Source: an uncultured Flavobacteriaceae bacterium
GTDB lineage: Bacteria > Bacteroidota > Bacteroidia > Flavobacteriales > Flavobacteriaceae
Assembly (NCBI GenBank): GCA_947493535.1
Contig: CANLRK010000004.1
Coordinates: 34,950 to 98,949, forward strand
Direction: 5' to 3'
Length of the DNA stretch: 64,000 nt
Shown: positions 56,506 through 64,000 of the stretch, in pieces
How positions within the stretch are numbered: the first letter of the stretch is position 1
Layout: each line of letters begins with the position of its first letter
Program-made: the position numbers and the translations under genes
Notes under the pieces: generated by a model
Database searches by the model: none
Seen by the model: only the letters and a program-made list of their open reading frames with translations
What the model was told of the DNA's origin: nothing

Positions 56506-57735
56506 TTATTCATCTCTAAGTGCTACAATTGGCTTTATACTAGCTGCACGCTTTGCTGGCACATAGCCTGCAATTGCCCCTGCTATAATCAATATTATAG
56601 TAGCGCCTACAATTAAATTGGTACTTACACTAGGGTTGGTTATAAAGTACTCTTTTAAACTATCGCCTATTAACTCAAGTAATCCCATTCCTACTAAAAG
56701 CCCAAAATACCCTGCCAAGGAAGTAACTAAAACCGACTCTAACATAATCATGGTTACTATTGATTTTGGTGTAGCTCCCAAGGCTTTACGAATACCTAAC
56801 TCCTTAGTACGTTCTTTTACGACAAAAATCATGATATTAGCAATACCTACTATTCCGGCTATTAAAGTTCCCATACCTATAATAATTATTAGTACACTTA
56901 ATACCGTTGTCATTTGATTAACATTCTTAGAAGCCTCTGCCATATTACGTACACGAACAGCACTTTGATCTTTAGGTGCTACATCAAAACGTTCTTTTAG
57001 TTTTTTTGTTAGTAGTTTACTAAAAGACAAGGCTTCATTGTAACTCATTGCCGGATTATAGGTCATGTTTATTTGATCAACATAATCGTTATTTCCATAA
57101 ATTTTTTGAGCAGTGCTTATTGGCATGTAAATCATACGCTCTTCATTATCTCCTCCATCATCACGATACACTCCCACAACTTTATATTGTATGCCTCCTA
57201 AGTTAATATACTTCCCTAGGGCTACCGTTTTCATAAATAAATCTTCCTCAACTAACCTTCCTATAACTACAACCTTAGATTCTTCTTCTAAATCTTTTGC
57301 CGAAATATAACGTCCTTCATACACCAACGTTTTCTCTAAATATTGATGATCTGGATGTACGGCTCTTATTGAATAAGTATTTTTTTCATTTTTATACGAA
57401 GCCATAAAGTTTTTATAAACACGAGAAGTTATATACTGCACCTTGTTTCCAAAGTCGTTTTTTAAATATTCGTAATCCTCGTTTTTAAATTGAATTTTTC
57501 TACCTGCTTTAAATCCTTTATGCGGCTTGGTAGTTTTTCCTGGTCGAATGAAAATAGAATTTTGCGCATCGTCTTTAAAAAATCCATTAAAGGTGTTTTC
57601 TAATCCGTTAGCAATACCAAAGAGTAAAGTAAACAGTAAAATAGCAAACGACACTGTAAAGCCTGAAAGTAAACTTCGCAGTTTATTTTTACTGATACTT
57701 TGAAATATTTCCCTCCAAAGATCTAAATCAAACAT
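56506..57735 (-). CDS. ABC transporter permease (MacB/FtsX family), second copy
   Basis: Same architecture as 55262..56503 (KERTKELGIRKALGA). 2-nt gap to the next permease. Confidence 0.88.
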   Translation of the reverse strand: MFDLDLWREIFQSISKNKLRSLLSGFTVSFAILLFTLLFGIANGLENTFNGFFKDDAQNSIFIRPGKTTKPHKGFKAGRKIQFKNEDYEYLKNDFGNKVQYITSRVYKNFMASYKNEKNTYSIRAVHPDHQYLEKTLVYEGRYISAKDLEEESKVVVIGRLVEEDLFMKTVALGKYINLGGIQYKVVGVYRDDGGDNEERMIYMPISTAQKIYGNNDYVDQINMTYNPAMSYNEALSFSKLLTKKLKERFDVAPKDQSAVRVRNMAEASKNVNQMTTVLSVLIIIIGMGTLIAGIVGIANIMIFVVKERTKELGIRKALGATPKSIVTMIMLESVLVTSLAGYFGLLVGMGLLELIGDSLKEYFITNPSVSTNLIVGATIILIIAGAIAGYVPAKRAASIKPIVALRDE

Positions 57736-58429
57736 ATTGCGCTGCTCTTACTTGGTTTACAAATTTATCTTCCATAATAACACCATCCTTTAAACGCACC
57801 ACACGTTTGCACATATTAGCAATATCTTCTTCGTGGGTTACTATAAGTATGGTTTTACCTTCATCGTTTAACTCTTGGATAAAATCCATTATTTCATAGG
57901 ATGTTTTTGTATCTAAGGCGCCCGTAGGCTCATCGGCTAGTAATAATTTAGGCTCTGCTGCTAAGGCACGTGCAATAGCTACACGTTGTTTTTGACCTCC
58001 AGAAAGCTCATTAGGCAAGTGTTTTGCCCAATCTTTTAAACCTACTTTCCCTAAGTGAAATAATGCTTTTTCTTGTCGTTCTTTCCTGCCTAAACCTTGA
58101 TAATATAATGGTAAAGACACATTTTCGACAGCGTTTTTATAGTTAATTAAGTTAAAGGATTGAAAAATAAATCCTAAAAACTTATTACGATATACCGCGG
58201 CTTTTTTTTCATTTAGGTTTTTTATGGGTACACCATCTAACACATAACTTCCTTCATCTGCTTCATCAAGCATACCAATTATATTAAGTAAGGTAGACTT
58301 TCCTGAACCAGAAGACCCCATAATGGCCACTAGCTCTCCTTCTTTAACTGATAAATCGATACCTTTTAATACATGTAAGCTTGAATCGCCTATAGGGTAA
58401 GACTTGTGTAGTTGTTTAATTTCTAACAT
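57728..58429 (-). CDS. ABC transporter ATP-binding protein (MacB/LolD-type)
   Basis: Walker A GSSGSGKST, signature LSGGQKQR, Walker B LLLADEPTG. 8-nt overlap with the permease gene. Confidence 0.92.
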   Translation of the reverse strand: MLEIKQLHKSYPIGDSSLHVLKGIDLSVKEGELVAIMGSSGSGKSTLLNIIGMLDEADEGSYVLDGVPIKNLNEKKAAVYRNKFLGFIFQSFNLINYKNAVENVSLPLYYQGLGRKERQEKALFHLGKVGLKDWAKHLPNELSGGQKQRVAIARALAAEPKLLLADEPTGALDTKTSYEIMDFIQELNDEGKTILIVTHEEDIANMCKRVVRLKDGVIMEDKFVNQVRAAQYV

Positions 58430-58573
58430 TTGATTGATGTATTCGTTTTGCTTTTTTTTGCAACTTTAGTTATTAGACTAATTCTGTTGCTTTTTGTTAC
58501 AAAAGAATGCACAGAAAAAACATAAAACCTAAAAAAACTAAGTTGTTTGGCTGCTTACCCCTTTTATTTTATC

Positions 58574-58975
58574 TTACTTTACAACCTGACCTACAACAGG
58601 AATTGTAATTTGTTGTTCTGGAAAGTTACCGTGTAAGATTAACGACTCATTTATGAGATCCAATTTATTAGGTTGGTACAACAATGTTAGTTCTACCGGT
58701 TTATCTATTGGGAAATATTGTGCCGTTTCATCTACAACCAAGCTAGCGTTGCTTTTTTCTATTTTTGAAATTAATAAAGGTTGTTTACTGGTATTTTTTA
58801 AAGGAATATTTACTCTTACCAAACTATCTAGATTTATTTTACCAAGATTTAGTATTGGTTCTTTTAACTCTATTGTAGTATTTACCGTATAGATAATTTT
58901 GGTTTGTTTAGTTGCAAAAGCTACTAGTACTAGTGCTATCAATACACCTAAACCAATTAATATTTTCTTCTTCAT
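58574..58975 (-). CDS. DUF1573-like membrane-anchored protein
   Basis: N-terminal TM plus a ~100-aa Ig-like module (LGKINLDSLVRVNIPLKNTSKQPLLISKI), as in DUF1573. Starts directly after the stop of 58976..59872. Confidence 0.6.
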   Translation of the reverse strand: MKKKILIGLGVLIALVLVAFATKQTKIIYTVNTTIELKEPILNLGKINLDSLVRVNIPLKNTSKQPLLISKIEKSNASLVVDETAQYFPIDKPVELTLLYQPNKLDLINESLILHGNFPEQQITIPVVGQVVK

Positions 58976-59872
58976 TTATTTACGATATTGTACTTTTAAT
59001 TGTATTAGTGGGTTTCTATAAAATTTCTTTTTAAAAGCAGATTTCCTACTATTTTTCACCCATTTTTTCCCTCGATAACTACTCCATGTATTAGATTTAC
59101 TATTGTGTGTCCACACCAAAGATGGCGCTGTAGTATACATAGGGTTTTTTGGCAACTTAACACTTGAAGGCTTTACTGTTTCAATCCCAACGCAAACACC
59201 TTCTAACGGAAATAACACATAATGTTCTGATAAATCAATACTTATATTTTGTGTTTTATTTTTAGGTTTAATAAAAATATCTTTATAAGACAACAACATT
59301 CCAGGTTGCCTTTTTTCAGTATTATACTTATAAAACTTTATCCTATAATAAGTTGGTAACGTATTAAAATCTGACTCAACATTTTCTTTTAGCGAGAATT
59401 TAATTGCTTTTAGTTTTCCTTTATTTCTTTTGACATTCTCAATAAATACACAATTCTCATATCCAAACTGCGTGCCAACTCTAAAACGCTTTTTTTTCGT
59501 TTCACCTATGGTCTTTGGAGAGGTATATTTCTTTTTTTTAACTCGTAAAACCACCCCATCTATTTCTTCTTTTGATTCAACTAGCGCTATATTTAACACT
59601 ATTTCTTTTTTATCTTGAAATGAAATTAATGATATTTTCTTTGTTGAATATCCTAAATATGAAATTAACAATGTATCTGCTGTATTACTTTTAATGTTAA
59701 AAGAATACTCTCCTTGCTCATTTGAAGTTACCCCTAAATTCTTATTTAATAAAGTTATATTAGCATACGGAAGTGGTTTTTTTAGCGTTTCATCAAATAT
59801 AACACCTGACAATATTTGAGAAAACCCAAAAAAACTATTCAAAAGCAAAAAATACGTTATTGATTTATTCAT
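58976..59872 (-). CDS. carboxypeptidase-regulatory-like domain protein, paralogue A
   Basis: Signal peptide and a CarboxypepD_reg-like N-domain (LSGVIFDETLKKPLPYANITLL...NEQGEYSF). About 200-aa basic C-domain shared with 60103..61008 (GVCVGIE, TWSSYRGKKW, NPLIQLKVQYRK). Confidence 0.7.
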   Translation of the reverse strand: MNKSITYFLLLNSFFGFSQILSGVIFDETLKKPLPYANITLLNKNLGVTSNEQGEYSFNIKSNTADTLLISYLGYSTKKISLISFQDKKEIVLNIALVESKEEIDGVVLRVKKKKYTSPKTIGETKKKRFRVGTQFGYENCVFIENVKRNKGKLKAIKFSLKENVESDFNTLPTYYRIKFYKYNTEKRQPGMLLSYKDIFIKPKNKTQNISIDLSEHYVLFPLEGVCVGIETVKPSSVKLPKNPMYTTAPSLVWTHNSKSNTWSSYRGKKWVKNSRKSAFKKKFYRNPLIQLKVQYRK

Positions 59873-60102
59873 TATTTATATTTTAATTAATTATTAAAAA
59901 GCGCTTTATTAACAACAAGGAAAATGAAAAAAAAGAACTACAAAATGTATTTGATAATATTATTCACTACAAGTGTTTATAAAATCCTAAAAATTATCAA
60001 AAAAAGTGGGTAACGCCTTACTTTTACAAAACACAAAAACCACTACATTTCTAAAAAACAATCATTTACCACGCTAAAATAATCCTATTTTTCACAGAGT
60101 AT

Positions 60103-61008
60103 TTACTTTCTAAATTGCACGTTAAGCTGTACTAATGGGTTGGTGTAACGGTATTTTACTTTTCCAAAAACTGTATACCTAATCTTATTATTGTTTTTCT
60201 TCCAACCTTTCCCTTTATAACTAGACCATGTTAATTGTTCTTCACTATATGTCCAACGCACATTAGGAGCCGTTAGATACATTATTTTGGACTCTCTTTT
60301 TTTACCCAGATTAATTGCTTCTATCCCAACGCACACCCCATGCCTTGGATATTTGATATGGTACTGCTTTAAAGAAAGTGTTACTTTTTGCGTTTTGTTT
60401 GTTGGCTTAACAATTATATCCTCATAAGATAACAATTGACCTGGTTGCTTATACCTCGGATCATACTCATAAAACTTTACTCTAAAAAAAGTTGGTAAAA
60501 CCTCATACAATTTATCTTCTCTCTTTTTTAAATAAAACACTAGTGAATTGATTTTACCTTCACGAAACTCAGGGTTCTTAATTAACGTACAGGTTTCATA
60601 CTCATAAGGAATAGATGTACCATAACGAATAAACTCTTTTTTAACTCCTATTTTCTTTTCAGTAAAATACTTTGCTTTTTTCACCTCAAGCACTATCGCA
60701 TCAATTTCTTCTTTTTGCGCTATTAACCTAATTTTTAAGCCTGCTTTCTGTTTCTCTATAGCATCGCGAACAGCTATTGTTTGTGATGCATAGCCTATAT
60801 AGGACACCAGCAAACTATCAGCCAGACTTGTTTTTACTTCAAAACTAAACTCACCGTTCTCATTTGTAGTTGCACCTCTGTTTTTAGTCAACAAGGTAAT
60901 ATTAGCATATGCTAATGGCGCATCGGTTGCTGCTTCGGAAACCACGCCTGTAATGGTTTGTGCTAAAAGCACGTTTGTACAAAACAATAAACAAAAAAGT
61001 ACTTTCAT
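60103..61008 (-). CDS. carboxypeptidase-regulatory-like domain protein, paralogue B
   Basis: Colinear with 58976..59872 (ITGVVSEAATDAPLAYANITLL...NENGEFSF, GVCVGIE, TWSSYKGKGW, NPLVQLNVQFRK). Confidence 0.7.
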   Translation of the reverse strand: MKVLFCLLFCTNVLLAQTITGVVSEAATDAPLAYANITLLTKNRGATTNENGEFSFEVKTSLADSLLVSYIGYASQTIAVRDAIEKQKAGLKIRLIAQKEEIDAIVLEVKKAKYFTEKKIGVKKEFIRYGTSIPYEYETCTLIKNPEFREGKINSLVFYLKKREDKLYEVLPTFFRVKFYEYDPRYKQPGQLLSYEDIIVKPTNKTQKVTLSLKQYHIKYPRHGVCVGIEAINLGKKRESKIMYLTAPNVRWTYSEEQLTWSSYKGKGWKKNNNKIRYTVFGKVKYRYTNPLVQLNVQFRK

Positions 61009-61009
61009 G

Positions 61010-61050
61010 AAAAACGGTTAAAACACTAAATATAGTTGCTTTAACCGTTT
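61010..61050 (-). terminator. terminator-like hairpin after lipoprotein gene 61077..61613
   Basis: AAACGGTTAAA-(17 nt)-TTTAACCGTTT, an 11-bp stem with T/A runs on both sides. Confidence 0.6.
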
Positions 61051-61076
61051 TTAAGAACTTTAACCTTTTTTATTTT

Positions 61077-61613
61077 TTACTGATCGCCTTCAATTAAATT
61101 AATTTTTTCATTTATCAAACTAGTATAGTTTACTAGCTCCTTAGGTAAATTGTTGGCATTTAAATCTAAAAACCACTGCTTATGCAATTTTTCATCTTTA
61201 TACTCTAAATAAATACCACCCCAATCACCCGCATCTGGAAGACCAATTATACTATGCGTTTCTTTACTTCTTAGTAACATTGAAGGGAAATCAGAAAATA
61301 ATTCGGTAATATTTATTTTATCCGACACTTTTATCATTGAAAAGTCTCCTTCATAAAATTCACCAAAAGCTGGGCGAGAGCTTTTAACAGCCTCTTTTAA
61401 TTGTTTGTTTTTTAACTTAAAAATTTTCACACAGTAATCTCCTTCACATTTTCCGTAATAACGTCCAAATACTAAGGTTGCGTTTCTACTATCTGCTTTA
61501 GCAAAGGTTTCTACTTTAGCTTCATCTTCTAAGTTATATATTTCATCATCATGACATGAAACACTAACTAATACCACTAATAAAATTGAAATTGTAATTT
61601 TAAATTTTTTCAT
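61077..61613 (-). CDS. hypothetical lipoprotein
   Basis: Start trimmed to MKKFKITISILLVVLVSVSC (lipobox). No family recognised. Confidence 0.55.
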   Translation of the reverse strand: MKKFKITISILLVVLVSVSCHDDEIYNLEDEAKVETFAKADSRNATLVFGRYYGKCEGDYCVKIFKLKNKQLKEAVKSSRPAFGEFYEGDFSMIKVSDKINITELFSDFPSMLLRSKETHSIIGLPDAGDWGGIYLEYKDEKLHKQWFLDLNANNLPKELVNYTSLINEKINLIEGDQ

Positions 61614-61725
61614 AACATACACTTTATAGGTTAACACTGGTTATAAATAAAGTAATACGTTTTTGAGAGGATAATAAATTTAATCAATTTTTACATAAAA
61701 AACTAATTATCAATAATTTATAATT

Positions 61726-61947
61726 TTACTTTTTACTTTTTTTAGAACTATAGCTTCTATATATAAAAAAAGCTATAACACCTATAAGCACATAAGGCAC
61801 CGCCATTAAATACACTATTCCGTCATTAACGCTTTCGGCTAGTGAATTGTCATCCATACTTTCTAACTGAGCTCTACACATAGCACATTGAGCGGCAATG
61901 GCATTTGGCATTAAAAACAGTACTATTATTAACGTAAGTTTTTTCAT
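61726..61947 (-). CDS. small (73 aa) signal-peptide / CxxC / C-terminal-TM protein
   Basis: Internal ATG of ORF 61726..62013, giving MKKLTLIIVLFLMPNAIAAQCAMCRAQLES...VPYVLIGVIAFFIY...KKSKK. The ATG shares 1 nt with the DUF420 stop (TAATG). Confidence 0.55.
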   Translation of the reverse strand: MKKLTLIIVLFLMPNAIAAQCAMCRAQLESMDDNSLAESVNDGIVYLMAVPYVLIGVIAFFIYRSYSSKKSKK

Positions 61948-62492
61948 TAAACTGGGTAATATGGTGAGATCATGATATAAACAATAACCCCTGTAATAGC
62001 AACATATAACCATAACGGAAATGTTATTTTTGCTATTTTTCTATGCTTATCAAAACGTTTTGACAAAGCCTTCACATAGGTAATTAGCACCAATGGTATT
62101 ACCGCTATTGAAAGTATAATGTGAGATATCAACACAAAATAATATATATATTTAATAGTACCTTCACCACCAAAAACAGTAGATTCTGAGGTCATATGAT
62201 ATGCTACATAAAGCACTAAAAAACAAACCGACAATGTTATAGCCAATTTCATTAAACGCTCATGGGCAATTCTATTTCCTTTTTTAATCATCACAACAGC
62301 CAGTAGTAAAACTATAGCTGTAAAGCCATTTATTGTAGCGTAAATTGGGGGTAAAAAATTTAATGGTTCAACGTCAAACCCCATACGTTTAAGGTTAATT
62401 CCGAATAATGCAGCTACAGCTACAGGAATAACAATTGACAAAATCCAAATCCATTTATTATATTTTCTTTCTAGAGCGTTTTGGTCTTTCAT
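61947..62492 (-). CDS. DUF420 family membrane protein (cytochrome oxidase assembly associated)
   Basis: Four TM helices, conserved His residues, immediately downstream of the SCO gene. Family call from memory of the DUF420 layout. Confidence 0.7.
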   Translation of the reverse strand: MKDQNALERKYNKWIWILSIVIPVAVAALFGINLKRMGFDVEPLNFLPPIYATINGFTAIVLLLAVVMIKKGNRIAHERLMKLAITLSVCFLVLYVAYHMTSESTVFGGEGTIKYIYYFVLISHIILSIAVIPLVLITYVKALSKRFDKHRKIAKITFPLWLYVAITGVIVYIMISPYYPV

Positions 62493-62504
62493 TTTTTTTA
62501 GAGT

Positions 62505-63245
62505 TTATTCTTCTTTTAATAATTTAAGAATATCTTGTTTTAATTCGGTAATTTGGTGTAGTGATGTTGCTATAGCTTCTCCAGCCTCATCTGTACTTGT
62601 TTCAGTTATTCCTCGATAATATAAAATCGGATTTCCAAACTCATCTTTTCTTGAGCGGATGTAGCCATTTTTATCAACTAACGCAAACATTCCTGAATGC
62701 TCAAAGCCTCCTGGAGCTTTTTCTTTAGCCGCAGCATACAAATCAAAACCTTTGTTAGCTAATCCTAAAACTGCCTCTTGCTCTCCAGTAAGTAATTGCC
62801 AATTTTTTGAACTTATACCGTGGGAAGCTCTATATTCTTTCAAAACAGACGGAGTATCATGAGCTGGGTTTATAGTAATAGATGCTATGGCAAAGTTTTC
62901 TAAATCGCCAAAAGCACTTTCTATTTGTAACATATTTTTAGTCATTATCGGACAAATTGTTGGACAGGTAGTAAAAAAGAATTCAACCACATATACTTTA
63001 TCTTTAAAAAAAGAACTGCCAACTGAAATGCTATCGTGATTTGTAAATTCAAACTCAGGTACTTTACCAAATTTAACTAAGGAGGCTGTTTTACCAGTAG
63101 TTTGAACCTTCTGCTTCACTTTATTTAATCGATCGCCTTCAACAACTTTATTATTTGAGATTCTATCAACTATTTTAGGTATGGCAAAAATGCCAAACAC
63201 CAAAATGATAAACGTAATACCTATATAAGATTTATTCTTCATCAT
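62505..63245 (-). CDS. SCO1/SenC family copper chaperone
   Basis: N-terminal TM and a thioredoxin fold with the CxxxC motif FFFTTCPTICPIMT and a downstream His (FEHSG). Confidence 0.88.
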   Translation of the reverse strand: MMKNKSYIGITFIILVFGIFAIPKIVDRISNNKVVEGDRLNKVKQKVQTTGKTASLVKFGKVPEFEFTNHDSISVGSSFFKDKVYVVEFFFTTCPTICPIMTKNMLQIESAFGDLENFAIASITINPAHDTPSVLKEYRASHGISSKNWQLLTGEQEAVLGLANKGFDLYAAAKEKAPGGFEHSGMFALVDKNGYIRSRKDEFGNPILYYRGITETSTDEAGEAIATSLHQITELKQDILKLLKEE

Positions 63246-63942
63246 GAACTTGATTCTTCTTTAAATAAGAGTCTCTTCTGTTTATTTTATAATTACTTTT
63301 TAAGGCCGCATTGTATTCAAATAGCAATACAGTTACATCATTATCCATCTTTTTATGAAGTATTGATACCGCAGTTGCATCATAGCCATACAAACCCATA
63401 AATTCTTTATCATCAGAACAACGCAACCTTAATTCTTTATCTATAATAAACACATAATTACTCCCTAAATTAGCATCTAAGGGTAGTTGCAGCTGTAATG
63501 AATTAAACACTTTGTTAATAGCATCCGGAGTTCCAAAAGCAAATTCCCATTTATCAATTTCTGCATAGCGTGATAACTCTTGGATGATTTCTTTAACCTG
63601 ACTTTCTGTTCCTACAGGCAATAACATTAACATTTGAAAATCTTGATCAGAACTATGAATTCCTTTATAGATTTCTTCATTAAGGTTATACACATTAATC
63701 TTTCTATCTTCTAAATCATTACCTAAAAATCCTAAAACTGTAATTTTGCCATGCAACTGTACAGGAGCCCCTTGTAAGTTTTTAAATTCCGACACCTCTG
63801 CAACATTTGCAGAAACAACAGGTAGCGCTGAAAAATTATACACCCCTGTAGCAAAAAATAAATAGATTACTATAGGACAAATAAATAATAGTGCTAAAAT
63901 TAAATTCTTCTTAGTCAAAGTTCCTTTTTTTAATAGGTACAA
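63232..63942 (-). CDS. hypothetical membrane-anchored protein upstream of SCO
   Basis: One N-terminal TM. No Cys motif. 14-nt overlap with the SCO gene. No ATG near the ORF start (the ORF-track start is a TTG), so the start is uncertain. Confidence 0.5.
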   Translation of the reverse strand: MYLLKKGTLTKKNLILALLFICPIVIYLFFATGVYNFSALPVVSANVAEVSEFKNLQGAPVQLHGKITVLGFLGNDLEDRKINVYNLNEEIYKGIHSSDQDFQMLMLLPVGTESQVKEIIQELSRYAEIDKWEFAFGTPDAINKVFNSLQLQLPLDANLGSNYVFIIDKELRLRCSDDKEFMGLYGYDATAVSILHKKMDNDVTVLLFEYNAALKSNYKINRRDSYLKKNQVHDEE

Positions 63943-63945
63943 AAA

Positions 63946-63976
63946 TAAAAAAGACGGTACTAATTACCGTCTTTTT
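63946..63976. terminator. bidirectional-shape terminator at the right edge (probably ends a minus-strand gene outside the window)
   Basis: AAAAA-AGACGGTA-CTAAT-TACCGTCT-TTTT. Confidence 0.65.
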
Positions 63977-64000
63977 AACTATATATATTTTATTTCACTC

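Noticed and set aside
59873-60102. 230-bp non-coding gap between the two CarboxypepD_reg-like paralogues, examined for an RNA gene or repeat
   Set aside because: It is AT-rich with A-runs only. I saw no stable hairpin, no exact TAnnTTTG box and no similarity to other parts of the window. It is probably just a promoter/spacer region.
61726-62492. 67-nt overlap between ORFs 61726..62013 and 61947..62492, considered as a frameshift or pseudogene
   Set aside because: An internal ATG at 61947 gives a sensible signal peptide and a TAATG junction with the upstream stop. No frameshift is needed.

Overview
This 64-kb chromosomal segment reads as a low-GC Bacteroidota genome, class Flavobacteriia. Supporting evidence: the gldK-gldL-gldM-gldN gliding/T9SS core, a PorP/SprF gene, a T9SS C-terminal sorting domain on an M43 protease, many lipoproteins, and recurrent TAnnTTTG -7 promoter boxes just upstream of genes. 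I call 64 CDS (one truncated at the left edge), one initiator-type tRNA-Met, about 16 rho-independent terminator hairpins, two TetR-type operator palindromes, several -7 promoter boxes and one intragenic 83-bp direct repeat. Content is mostly housekeeping: alaS, der, era, topA, miaB, secG, groES/groEL, tsaB, an ABC-F ATPase, NifU, and cytochrome-oxidase assembly genes (SCO, DUF420). Accessory content includes a phenylacetyl-CoA epoxidase (paa) operon, a MacAB-TolC-type exporter and TonB-dependent receptors. I saw no CRISPR array, transposase, integrase, prophage or recognisable defence genes. Candidates for something undescribed, all unproven: (1) three tandem, divergent, signal-peptide-bearing paralogues (19686-22066), preceded by an unusually long AT-rich non-coding leader carrying a terminator-like hairpin and lying next to tRNA-fMet; (2) a Cys-rich membrane protein / TonB-dependent receptor / secreted HMA-domain protein trio (44863-47971); (3) an arginase-fold protein with apparently degenerate metal ligands, translationally coupled to topA and directly upstream of gldK; (4) two CarboxypepD_reg-like paralogues plus a DUF1573 protein upstream of the exporter; (5) a 73-aa CxxC membrane protein translationally coupled to DUF420/SCO. 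All product calls rest on motif recognition by eye. No database search was run.
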